A stretch of 64,000 nt of DNA from Gemmatimonadales bacterium (GTDB lineage: Bacteria > Gemmatimonadota > Gemmatimonadetes > Gemmatimonadales > GWC2-71-9): assembly GCA_037189525.1 (NCBI GenBank), contig JBBCJC010000005.1, forward strand, positions 896,001 through 960,000, given 5' to 3'. Below are positions 29,632-38,356 of the stretch, one piece after another (position 1 is the first letter of the stretch; the number at the start of each line of letters is the position of its first letter). The translations under genes were made by a program, and so were the position numbers. The notes beneath the pieces are model-generated. The model had not been told where the DNA came from, did not search any database, and was given only the letters and a program-made list of their open reading frames with translations.

Positions 29632-31188
29632 TCAGCGACGGCGTCGCTCGACCACCCTCCGGAACGACGCCCGCTCGGCGGGGGTGAGACCGAACGAGGC
29701 GGTGGAAACCGTGCCGTCCGGTTCGGCGTCGAATCGGACGAACAGGTATGGCAGGAGCGTCCCCATCGAGCCGAGCAGATCCCACCGGAAGGTGTTCCCG
29801 TTCCAGTAGTCGAGACGGCCGGACCACTCACCCCGGGTGGCGATCAGGTGCCCTGCCTCCTCGCGGACCGTGAAGTCGCCGTACATCGCGTCCCGATACG
29901 CGCCAACGTAGCGGGCGGCCGGCGCGGGGGGATTGCCACCGACCCGGGTGCGTTCGAGGGCGCGGGCGCTCGAGTCCTGCATCGCGCGACCCCTCGCGGC
30001 CCGGGTGGCCGCCTCCGCCACCCAATCCCGCAGCGGGGCGCCCAGGTGCCGGTCGAAGACATAGCGCATCAGCGCCGTGGGAGCGACGGTACTCGCGACG
30101 TTGGTCAACACCACCACGCCCACCCGATGTTCGGGGAGCATCGCCACCATGGTCGTGGTGCCATCGGTGGCGCCGCCATGCTGCCAGAGCAGGGCGCCCC
30201 GGTAGTCCTCGACGAACCATCCCATCCCGTAGGTCCCGAAACGCTGCAGCGAGTCGACCTCATTCTCACCGAGCACGATGCTCTGGGGACGGTGCATTTC
30301 GGCCAGCGCCGCGCGACTCATCACTCGCTGCCCGGCAAAGGTGCCGTCGCCCAGCTGGAAGCGAAGCCACTGCGCCATGTCGCGCACGTTCGAGGTGATG
30401 GCGCCGGCCGGCGCGATCCGATCGGCAAACCAGAACTGCTTCCGGTACACGCTGTCGCCGAGCGGCGCGTGGCCCGACGCCAGGTTGGCAAGTCCTTCGA
30501 TCGTCGCCGGATTGACGATCGTCTCGGTCATCCCCAAGGGACGCAGAAGCCGCTGCCGTACCAACTCATCGTATCCCAGCCGGGACACCGCTCCTGCCGC
30601 CTCGCCGGCAGCCAGATACATGATGTTGGAGTAGCCCCAGTGGGCGCGGAGACCAAAGGTGGGCTCCAGATGACTCACCCGCTTGAGGATTTCTGCCCGC
30701 GAAATATTCCCGGCGCCGATCCAGATCAGGTCGCCGCGGGGCAACCCGGTTCGGTGGGACAGTACGTCGCGCAGGGTGACAGTGGCGGTCAGATAGGGAT
30801 CGTGCAGCTGGAATCCCGGCAGCAGACGCACCATCGGATCGTCCCAGCCCATCGCGCTGTCGGACACCATCACGGCGGCGGCCGCGGCGGTGAACGCCTT
30901 CCCGGTCGAGCCGAGCGAGAACAGGGTCCGCTCATCGACCGGCTCGGCGCCGCCAGCTACGCGGACGCCGAAGCCGCGACTGAAGACGACGGAGTCATTC
31001 CGAACCACCGCGATGGCAATGCCAGGAACGCGGAGCGCAGTCACGGCCGTACGCGCATAGGCATCGAGGCCGGCCAGCGGATCGCTCTGGCGCTGCGCAA
31101 TCGCATCGCCAACGCCACCTGCGCATATGGCAACCAGCGCTACTGCCGCGATCCGGTATCCCCAAACCCTGCTGATGTCGTGTCTCAT
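29632..31188 (-). CDS. Secreted serine hydrolase (beta-lactamase/CubicO family with DUF3471-like tail)
   Basis: SxxK (STGK), YSN and HGG motifs; signal peptide. Start at ATG 31188. Confidence 0.88.
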   Translation of the reverse strand: MRHDISRVWGYRIAAVALVAICAGGVGDAIAQRQSDPLAGLDAYARTAVTALRVPGIAIAVVRNDSVVFSRGFGVRVAGGAEPVDERTLFSLGSTGKAFTAAAAAVMVSDSAMGWDDPMVRLLPGFQLHDPYLTATVTLRDVLSHRTGLPRGDLIWIGAGNISRAEILKRVSHLEPTFGLRAHWGYSNIMYLAAGEAAGAVSRLGYDELVRQRLLRPLGMTETIVNPATIEGLANLASGHAPLGDSVYRKQFWFADRIAPAGAITSNVRDMAQWLRFQLGDGTFAGQRVMSRAALAEMHRPQSIVLGENEVDSLQRFGTYGMGWFVEDYRGALLWQHGGATDGTTTMVAMLPEHRVGVVVLTNVASTVAPTALMRYVFDRHLGAPLRDWVAEAATRAARGRAMQDSSARALERTRVGGNPPAPAARYVGAYRDAMYGDFTVREEAGHLIATRGEWSGRLDYWNGNTFRWDLLGSMGTLLPYLFVRFDAEPDGTVSTASFGLTPAERASFRRVVERRRR

Positions 31189-31199
31189 ACGTGTCCTCT

Positions 31200-31853
31200 T
31201 CAAACTCGGACGGGTCGCGCAGAACGGGTCCGGCGCGGCATGGTCGATCGGGCGCCACCCAGCGCCCGGAGCAGGACCTCGTCGCCGGCGGAGCAAACAG
31301 CCAGGACGCGACAACGACCGCGCCCCTTGCGCAGGTAGGCATGCCCCATCGTGCTGTCGAGATAGGCCGAGTCGCCTCGGCGAAGGACGAACGGGGCGTA
31401 ATCGTCGGTGTGGACCTCGACGGCGCCCTCCAGCACGAAGACGAACTCCTCACCTTCGTGCCGGACCAGCGGACCGAACTCCTCCAGCGTGGAGGCGAGC
31501 GGGGTCCCGATCATCGGAACGAATCGCTTCCGGACCAGGTCGGTACTCAAGTACCAGTAGTCGTAGGCCGGGGTCAGCAACTGCTCGCCGCCACCCGCGC
31601 GGTTGATGCTCCGCCGGGCCGCGGGCGTCTCGCGAGTACCGGGGGCCGCAAAGAGATCCGCGATGTCGGCGCCGGCGCCGCGGGCGACCTGGAGCAGCTT
31701 GTCGTACGTCAGCGAGATCTTGCCCCGCTCGACTTTCGACAGGGTCGAGATAGACAAGCCGGTCCGTTCGCTCAACTGGGCCAGCGTCCACCCGTGCTCC
31801 GCGCGCAGGGCGCGGAGGGCCGCCCCGAGGCGCGGTTCAGTTGAATTTGCCAT
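31200..31853 (-). CDS. XRE-family HTH plus cupin transcriptional regulator
   Basis: WTLAQLSERTGLSISTLSKVERG HTH; HEGEEFVFVLEG...DSTMGH cupin. Start at ATG 31853. Confidence 0.9.
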   Translation of the reverse strand: MANSTEPRLGAALRALRAEHGWTLAQLSERTGLSISTLSKVERGKISLTYDKLLQVARGAGADIADLFAAPGTRETPAARRSINRAGGGEQLLTPAYDYWYLSTDLVRKRFVPMIGTPLASTLEEFGPLVRHEGEEFVFVLEGAVEVHTDDYAPFVLRRGDSAYLDSTMGHAYLRKGRGRCRVLAVCSAGDEVLLRALGGARSTMPRRTRSARPVRV

Positions 31854-31862
31854 AATTTTCTT

Positions 31863-31895
31863 TTTTGGCCAAAATTTTCCTGTATTGCGCAATAC
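31863..31895. promoter_or_regulatory. Two palindromes in the AT-rich divergent promoter
   Basis: TTTTGGCCAAAA (31863-31874) and the perfect 14-mer GTATTGCGCAATAC (31882-31895). Confidence 0.5.
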
Positions 31896-32029
31896 TAGCC
31901 CGGCCCGTTTCGCCGCGCCAGGGGAAACCAGCTTCATCGGCATCAGCACCATCGCATCCAACCTGAAACCGATTCATCCGGTCATCCGTTAGGAGCACGC
32001 CGACATCCCTTCATCGACAAGGCCAACTC

Positions 32030-33973
32030 GTGACTCTCACGTTTCCGACCCTCACCCTGGGTCTATGCCTGGCATGGGCGCCGACCACGATACAGGCGCA
32101 GTCGCCGACCGATCCGACGAGCCCTCGATCCGCCCCCGCCCTGACGGCGAGTGATCTGGAATCATTTCTCGACGGGATCGTTCCGCTCGCCCTCAAGAGC
32201 AACGACATCACGGGCACGGTCGTCGCCGTGGTGAAAGACGGGAAAGTCCTGCTCGCGAAAGGATATGGCTACGCCGACCGGGACGCGAAACTCCCGGTCC
32301 GGGCCGACAGCACGCTCTTCCGGGTGGCCTCGATTTCGAAGCTCTTTACGGCCACCGCCGTGATGCAGCTGGTCGAACAGGGCAAGCTCGACCTGGACGA
32401 GGAGATCGACCGCTATCTGGATTTTGCGGTGCCGCGGAAATACCAGGAAAAGATTACCCTGCGGCATTTGCTCACCCACACCGCGGGGTTCGAAGAGGCG
32501 TTCAAGAAGCTGCCGGCCGACTCCGGTAAGAGCGCGCCGCTCGGAGACTGGGTGCGTCAGACGACGCCGGCTCAACAGTACCGTCCCGGTACCGTGACCT
32601 CCTACTCGAACTACGGCACCGACCTGGCGGGCTACATCGTCGAACATGTCTCGGGCACGCCGTTCGCGGAGTACATCCGGCTCCACATCCTCGAACCGCT
32701 CGGCATGCGGCAATCCTCGTTCAGCGAGCCCCTGCCGGCGGCGCTTCGTGCCCAGCTATCGCGTGAGTACCCCACCGCCTCCGATTCGGCCGGCGAGTTC
32801 GAGGTCCTGTTCGGTGAGCCGTCGGGCAACCTCTCCTCTACCGCGACCGACATGGCCAAGTTCGCCATTGCCCACCTTGCGCTCGGCCAATTCGATTCGA
32901 CGACCCGGATCCTCCGGCCGGAAACGGCCCGCCTGATGGGGACCACGCAGTTCCGGACGCATCCTCGGGTTCCCGGCATGGGGCTCGGCTTTTTCGAAGA
33001 AGACCGAAATGGGCTGCGGATCCTCGGGCACGGCGGCGACCTGTCTCGCTTCCACAGCCACCTGTCGCTCCTCATGGACCACGGCGTGGCGTTCTTCGTC
33101 TCCGTCAACAGCAGTGGCCGAGGCACCGCCTTCTACAGCCTCCGGGAAGCGGTACGCGACGCATTCCTCGATCGATACTTCCCGAACCCTGCCCCGCTCG
33201 AACCGGTCGTCGCCAACGCCGTCGAGGTGTCGGCCCCTCACACCGGGTCGTACACCCTCTCCCGACGGGGCGCGTCGACGCTGGGCGGCGTGATTGGGCT
33301 GTTGGTCGACCTGAACGTCACCGCCCATCCGGACGGCAGCATTCAGATCGGATTCGTCGGCGGACCGAACGGACTGCCGCTGCGCTGGTACCCGATCGAT
33401 GAGACGACCTATCGCAGCGACGATGGATCGCAGCTGCTGGGCTACGTAGCGGGCTCGGATGGACTCCCCGACCGCTTCGGCTTCCTGGGCGGGCACGAAC
33501 TCCACCGGGTCGGCACCCTGAGCAGCCGAGGCTTCAACCTGGTCCTGCTGGTTGGCTCGCTGGGCATCTTTGCGCTGAGTCTGTTGCTGTGGCCCGTCGC
33601 CGCCCTGATCCGCCGCCGTTATGGCGCCGGAGTCGTGAATGATGGCGTCTCGCCCCGCTTGCGCGGCCTGACCCGATGGACCGCGCTTGCCGCGATCGGT
33701 TTCATGGTCGCACTGGGCATCTTCATTGCACGCGGCTTCGATGGCGCCATCGACCTGGACAGCCGCTCGGATATCTGGTTGGGGCTGATTCGATTGATCG
33801 GCCTGGCGGCGATCGTCGGGACGATCGCGTCGATCGTGGCGCTCTCGCGTTCATTCCGGCTGGGACGGAGCGGCTGGGCCCGGCTCAAGTACTTGGCCCT
33901 TACTGCTGCGGGGATCGGCTTCAGCTGGATCGCGATCCACTGGCACCTGGTGTCGTGGAACTTTCGGTACTGA
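32030..33973 (+). CDS. Serine hydrolase (beta-lactamase family) with C-terminal TM helices
   Basis: SISK, YSN and HGG motifs; signal peptide; about four C-terminal hydrophobic helices. Confidence 0.88.
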   Translation: MTLTFPTLTLGLCLAWAPTTIQAQSPTDPTSPRSAPALTASDLESFLDGIVPLALKSNDITGTVVAVVKDGKVLLAKGYGYADRDAKLPVRADSTLFRVASISKLFTATAVMQLVEQGKLDLDEEIDRYLDFAVPRKYQEKITLRHLLTHTAGFEEAFKKLPADSGKSAPLGDWVRQTTPAQQYRPGTVTSYSNYGTDLAGYIVEHVSGTPFAEYIRLHILEPLGMRQSSFSEPLPAALRAQLSREYPTASDSAGEFEVLFGEPSGNLSSTATDMAKFAIAHLALGQFDSTTRILRPETARLMGTTQFRTHPRVPGMGLGFFEEDRNGLRILGHGGDLSRFHSHLSLLMDHGVAFFVSVNSSGRGTAFYSLREAVRDAFLDRYFPNPAPLEPVVANAVEVSAPHTGSYTLSRRGASTLGGVIGLLVDLNVTAHPDGSIQIGFVGGPNGLPLRWYPIDETTYRSDDGSQLLGYVAGSDGLPDRFGFLGGHELHRVGTLSSRGFNLVLLVGSLGIFALSLLLWPVAALIRRRYGAGVVNDGVSPRLRGLTRWTALAAIGFMVALGIFIARGFDGAIDLDSRSDIWLGLIRLIGLAAIVGTIASIVALSRSFRLGRSGWARLKYLALTAAGIGFSWIAIHWHLVSWNFRY

Positions 33974-34859
33974 CCCGAAGCGCGCCTGGCGCGCATCGGA
34001 CTTCCACCGGCGAGGCGACCCGAACCGTCTCGCCGTCCATCTCGAACGGCAGGTCGCCCTGCCATTCGAGCACCAGACTGGACACCCGCTGCCTGGTTAC
34101 CAGCGGCGAACCGAGGTGGCGACCGGTCACGACCCGCGCCAGCAATCCCAGCAAGCGCGGGCGGGAAGCGGCGCGGGCAGTGATGCAATCGAGACGGCCG
34201 TCGTCCAGGACGGCCCCGGGCGCAATCGGCATTCCCGCTCCGAACCAGGAGCCGTTGGCGAGCACCCCGGCGGCCAGATGCGCAGCTGCCATGGACGCCT
34301 GATCGAGCGAGAGCCGAACGCTGAAGTCGGCGCCGCGCCACAGAGCGCGAATCGCACCAGCTACGTAGCGACCGGCGGAGACCCGAACCCCGGGCCAGGT
34401 TGCCAGTTCGACCGCACGGGCCGTCAGCCCGAACGACGCCAGGTTGACGAACCAGCGATTCCCGCCGGGCCAACTCACCTGCCAGGCATCGACCAGCCGA
34501 GTCGTCGATCCGCGAAGTGCCGCCAACAGCGCATCCAGTGAGGGACGCACACCCAGACCGCGCGCGAAGTCATTTCCAGAACCGGACGGCCAGACGACCA
34601 GCGTCGGTAGCGGAGCCGTACTAGGCGTTTCCAGCAGGCCATTGACGACGTCGTGCAGCGACCCGTCGCCGCCGACGACGACCACGATGGTCGCCTGTCG
34701 CTCCGAGATCAGGCCGGCCGCGATCCGTGATCCGTCGCCCGGTCCAGCCGAATGATGAACGACGATGTCGTGCTCCGCCCGCACGGCTGCCTCGATCCGG
34801 CTCCATGCCCGGCTGCCGGACGCGGCGGCCGACGACGGATTGACGATGACGTGGATCAC
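33921..34859 (-). CDS. Diacylglycerol kinase family lipid kinase (YegS/DgkB-like)
   Basis: IVNP, GGDG, PSGSGNDFAR, DDGRLD and MDGE motifs. Confidence 0.88.
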   Translation of the reverse strand: MIHVIVNPSSAAASGSRAWSRIEAAVRAEHDIVVHHSAGPGDGSRIAAGLISERQATIVVVVGGDGSLHDVVNGLLETPSTAPLPTLVVWPSGSGNDFARGLGVRPSLDALLAALRGSTTRLVDAWQVSWPGGNRWFVNLASFGLTARAVELATWPGVRVSAGRYVAGAIRALWRGADFSVRLSLDQASMAAAHLAAGVLANGSWFGAGMPIAPGAVLDDGRLDCITARAASRPRLLGLLARVVTGRHLGSPLVTRQRVSSLVLEWQGDLPFEMDGETVRVASPVEVRCAPGALRVSTESSTTPGASGSRSS

Positions 34860-34935
34860 GGAGTCGGGTCACGGGCTACGATGCGGCGGAAGCTACTCCC
34901 GGCGCCCGAGTTCGGAAGAGGAGGCCGGAACGCCA

Positions 34936-34985
34936 TCGCGGCTCGGAACCGATTCGGACAGCGCCGATTCGATCCCGAGCCGCGA
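34936..34985 (-). other. 22-bp intergenic RNA hairpin
   Basis: Arms 34936-34957 and 34964-34985 give 19/22 Watson-Crick pairs, plus 2 G-U pairs when read on the minus strand. Confidence 0.6.
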
Positions 34986-35017
34986 GACCTGCTGCCCCGG
35001 TCGGGGCTCCACTGCTG

Positions 35018-35983
35018 CTAGCGGCGTACCGTCAGAATCCAGTCGGCAATCGACTTGGCCACGCCGGGCCCGAGCGGCAACGACGGATCAGTGTACGATG
35101 CCATCTGCTCCTGCGCCGTCGCTCCCTTGGCTTCCTTGAGAACGTGGTTGATGCCCGGCAGCATCACCAGCTTCACGTCCGGCCGAGCCCCGGCGAGCGC
35201 CTTGGCATCGGCCGCGGTGATCTGAACGTCGGTCTCTCCCTGCACTACCAGCACGGGCAGAGAAAGTCCGCGCACCAGAGCGACCGGATCGGAGGCCTGC
35301 CAGCTCTGCATGAACCGCCGGTTGGCCGGCACGAACAGCATCTCCAACCCGGGTGGCGCCGTATACTCGCCGCCCTCCTTGATATAGCCGGCCCAAGCGC
35401 CATCGAACTGCGCCAGCAGCGCGGGCGGCAGCTGCTTGCTCAGTTGTTCCCGCAGGATGGTCGACGCATCCCGGCCGGCCGCTGCCAGCAGCACCAGTCC
35501 GGCCACGGGCGCACGGTCACGCGCCGCGAGCAACGCCAGCAGGCCCCCTTCGCTGTGCCCGACCAGCACCACCGGCCCGATGTCGCTCCGGGCATCCAGC
35601 AGCTGCGCAGCTGCGGCGGCATCCGCGGCGAAGTCATGCACCGTTACCGACGGGATGTCGAAGCTCCCCTTGCTGCTGGGCAGACCGCGTTTGTCATACC
35701 GGAACGACGCAATACCCCGCTCGGCGAGGGCGGCGGCGAGCATTGCGTAGCTGCCAGGCTTGCCCACCATCGTATTCCCGTCGCGATCGGTTGGCCCCGA
35801 CCCCGCGATGATGATCGCCGTGGGCCACGGCCCCGCCCCGTCGGGCAGCATCAGCGTGCCCTGGAGCGTGATGCCCCCGTTGGTAAAGCTCAGTTCCGAT
35901 TGCCGCGCCTGAGCGTCTGCGTTGCTGCCGAACAGACCGGCGCTCATGGCGATGACTCCAATGACCCGACGAGTAGTGTGCAT
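35018..35983 (-). CDS. Secreted alpha/beta hydrolase
   Basis: GSGPTDRDGN, RYDKRG, GHSEG nucleophile, DVQI and NHVLK motifs; start ATG 35983 abuts the SdpI stop. Confidence 0.88.
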   Translation of the reverse strand: MHTTRRVIGVIAMSAGLFGSNADAQARQSELSFTNGGITLQGTLMLPDGAGPWPTAIIIAGSGPTDRDGNTMVGKPGSYAMLAAALAERGIASFRYDKRGLPSSKGSFDIPSVTVHDFAADAAAAAQLLDARSDIGPVVLVGHSEGGLLALLAARDRAPVAGLVLLAAAGRDASTILREQLSKQLPPALLAQFDGAWAGYIKEGGEYTAPPGLEMLFVPANRRFMQSWQASDPVALVRGLSLPVLVVQGETDVQITAADAKALAGARPDVKLVMLPGINHVLKEAKGATAQEQMASYTDPSLPLGPGVAKSIADWILTVRR

Positions 35984-36630
35984 CACGACCGTGTTCCTCG
36001 ATACCAGAAAATGAACGATGCAGCAAACGGCACCAGCACGGCGGCCAGCACAGCGCTGATGACGACCCGGGGAACCCACGGCCCGGCGACCAATGCGGCC
36101 CCCACGATGACGACGCCGGCCGCGACGAACAGCCACCCGGTCATCCGATGAGTCCGGCGCCAGATCTCCGGATTCTCGAGCGTCCAGGGCGTCCGAATGC
36201 CCAGGAACCAGTTGGGCCGAACCCGGCCGATATAGTTACCGGAAACGGCCATCAGCACGCCGATCCCGCCGGCCGCGACCCGCGAAATGTCGATCGGATA
36301 GCCCACCGACGATGCCATCACGGCAACGTGAAGCAGGCCAAAGAAGAGGCCGAGACAGTTCCCCATGATCCAGTAGGCGTCGACGAACTTTTCGTAGTTC
36401 TCGCGCCGCGGATCGATCCTGGGCAGGACGCGGAGGCCCACCGCAATGCCGGTGACCAGGAGCGGCAGCATCAGCGCCGCCATGATGCGCGGCGACCAGC
36501 CATCCGGCTCACCCCGGACGTTCCAGTGCGTCGGGACCTCGGCGGGCAGCCGGTTCCATGCCAGGGCGGAGGCCAGCGCAGCCACCGCGATGACGACGAA
36601 GAGCAACCACCGACTACGCATCGTCGTCAC
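35983..36630 (-). CDS. SdpI family immunity membrane protein (DUF1648 + SdpI)
   Basis: LPAEVPTHWN...DGW, IDPRRENY and PNWFLGIRTPWTL...WRRTHR motifs. Confidence 0.88.
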   Translation of the reverse strand: MTTMRSRWLLFVVIAVAALASALAWNRLPAEVPTHWNVRGEPDGWSPRIMAALMLPLLVTGIAVGLRVLPRIDPRRENYEKFVDAYWIMGNCLGLFFGLLHVAVMASSVGYPIDISRVAAGGIGVLMAVSGNYIGRVRPNWFLGIRTPWTLENPEIWRRTHRMTGWLFVAAGVVIVGAALVAGPWVPRVVISAVLAAVLVPFAASFIFWYRGTRS

Positions 36631-36895
36631 CGGTCTTGAGCACGTTCATCATGTACCGAATGACCTCCTGATAGACCGTCGTATTGAGGGTGTACCGGAT
36701 GTGCTGGCCCTCTCGCTCCGCAGCGACCAGTCCGGCATCCTTGAGCACCCCCAGATGGCGCGACACCGACGGAAACGCGATAGGGAACTCATCCGCGATC
36801 TCACCGGCGGTCAAATCCCGCCGGGCCAGCAATTCGAGGATCCGCCGACGGGTCGGATCGGCCAGGGCGCGAAATGCGCCATCGCGAGGCACCAT
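36614..36895 (-). CDS. SdpR-like ArsR family autorepressor
   Basis: AFRALADPTRRRIL...LTAGEIA...SRHLGVLKDAGLV...YTLNTTV; directly upstream of the SdpI gene. Confidence 0.88.
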   Translation of the reverse strand: MVPRDGAFRALADPTRRRILELLARRDLTAGEIADEFPIAFPSVSRHLGVLKDAGLVAAEREGQHIRYTLNTTVYQEVIRYMMNVLKTGDDDA

Positions 36896-36902
36896 GATTA
36901 CT

Positions 36903-36930
36903 AATTTAGCAATTTAGCTAAATTTTTCAA
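36903..36930 (-). promoter_or_regulatory. SdpR operator and promoter
   Basis: Perfect 8-6-8 inverted repeat AATTTAGC-N6-GCTAAATT; minus-strand TTGAAA-16-TAAATT lies 7 nt before the ATG. Confidence 0.75.
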
Positions 36931-37050
36931 TCCCGAGTCGGGGCCGACGCAGCGAGCACAGAAACGAGGGGTAAACATCCAACGCCGCCCCAGGGAAACC
37001 AGAGACATCATGTCGTGGTAAGTTTCCCGACCCCTCCTCCTGGACCATCA

Positions 37051-37446
37051 ATGACGCGACGCCTGATCAGTTCCGGATCCACCTTCGAGGACCAGATCGG
37101 CTACTCCCGGGCCGTCGTCGACGGCGACTGGGTCTTCGTGTCCGGCACCACCGGATTCGACTACACCACGATGACCATTGCCGACGGCATCGAAGCCCAG
37201 GCCGAGCAGTGTCTCGAGAATATCGAGGCCGCGCTGACGCAAGCCGGACTCGGCCTGGGAGACATCGTCCGCATCACCTACATCGTGCCCGAAGCCCGCG
37301 AGTTCGAGCAGTGTTGGCCGGTGCTCCGGCGCTACCTGGGCGAGGCCAGGCCCGCCGCCACCATGATCTCGGCCGGCCTGCTCGACCCGCGCATGCGGAT
37401 CGAGATCGAGGCCACCGCAAAGGCCAGACGCGCTGCGCAGGGATAG
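37051..37446 (+). CDS. RidA/YjgF family protein
   Basis: GYSRAV, VFVSGTTG, RPAATMI and IEIEATA motifs. Confidence 0.9.
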   Translation: MTRRLISSGSTFEDQIGYSRAVVDGDWVFVSGTTGFDYTTMTIADGIEAQAEQCLENIEAALTQAGLGLGDIVRITYIVPEAREFEQCWPVLRRYLGEARPAATMISAGLLDPRMRIEIEATAKARRAAQG

Positions 37447-37564
37447 CTGCCACCACCGGCAGCGACCTCGAACCGCAGTTCGAAACACCGGAGGGCGCTG
37501 GTTCCGTATTGTCTGATAGAGTCGCATCCCCGGCAGTCCGAGAGCCGGATGACACCATCAGCCA

Positions 37565-38356
37565 ATGGACCAGATCGCAATGTGGACTACGCCCGTCAGG
37601 CGGTCGCTCCCCTTGTCGTTGTCTGTCTGCCTTGCCCTCGCGCTGCCTGCGACCGGCTGCGCTGCGCAAACGGAGCCCGGCATCGAGTTCCCCCCGGGAG
37701 CGACGCGCGTCCTGTTCATCGGCAACTCGCTGACCTATACCAATGATCTGCCGCGCCTGCTGAGCACCCTGGCAAATCAGGCGGGACACACCCCAATTGC
37801 CACGGCGTCGGCCACCTTTCCCGACTTTGGACTGGAAGACCACTGGCAGAGCGGCACCGCGCGCAATTTGCTGACCAAGCATCAGTGGGATTTCGTGGTA
37901 ATGCAGCAAGGGCCCTCCTCGCTGCCGGAAAGCCAGGTGAACCTGCGGCACTGGACCCTCCAGTTCGCTCCGCTGATCAAGGCCGCCGGAGCCGAACCGG
38001 TCCTCTACATGGTCTGGCCGGCCTCTCAGCGCCGAGGAGATTTTCCCGGCGTCAGGACGTCGTATCACAATGCGGCGGCCGCCGTTTCCGGACTCTTTGC
38101 TCCGGCGGGAGACGCTTGGCTCGCAGCCTGGGACGAAACGCCGAACCGCGCGCTGTACGGACCGGACGGTTTCCACCCGGCCGTCGCCGGTACCTACCTT
38201 GCCGCGCTCGTCATCCTGGAGCGGATCGCGGGAGTCGATCCTCTCTCGCTGCCCGCCACGCTTCCCGGCGCGGGACTCGATCAGGCAGCGATCCGATCGC
38301 TGCAGCGTGCCGCGCGAACGGCACTGGACCGCAACCCGGCACGGCCCACCCCATGA
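37565..38356 (+). CDS. SGNH/GDSL hydrolase, exported
   Basis: FIGNSLTY block I and DGFHP catalytic Asp/His. Confidence 0.82.
   Translation: MDQIAMWTTPVRRSLPLSLSVCLALALPATGCAAQTEPGIEFPPGATRVLFIGNSLTYTNDLPRLLSTLANQAGHTPIATASATFPDFGLEDHWQSGTARNLLTKHQWDFVVMQQGPSSLPESQVNLRHWTLQFAPLIKAAGAEPVLYMVWPASQRRGDFPGVRTSYHNAAAAVSGLFAPAGDAWLAAWDETPNRALYGPDGFHPAVAGTYLAALVILERIAGVDPLSLPATLPGAGLDQAAIRSLQRAARTALDRNPARPTP

Noticed and set aside
33921..33973. 53-bp convergent overlap of the hydrolase and lipid kinase genes
   Set aside because: Most simply a low-information C-terminal run-on; no evidence of function.
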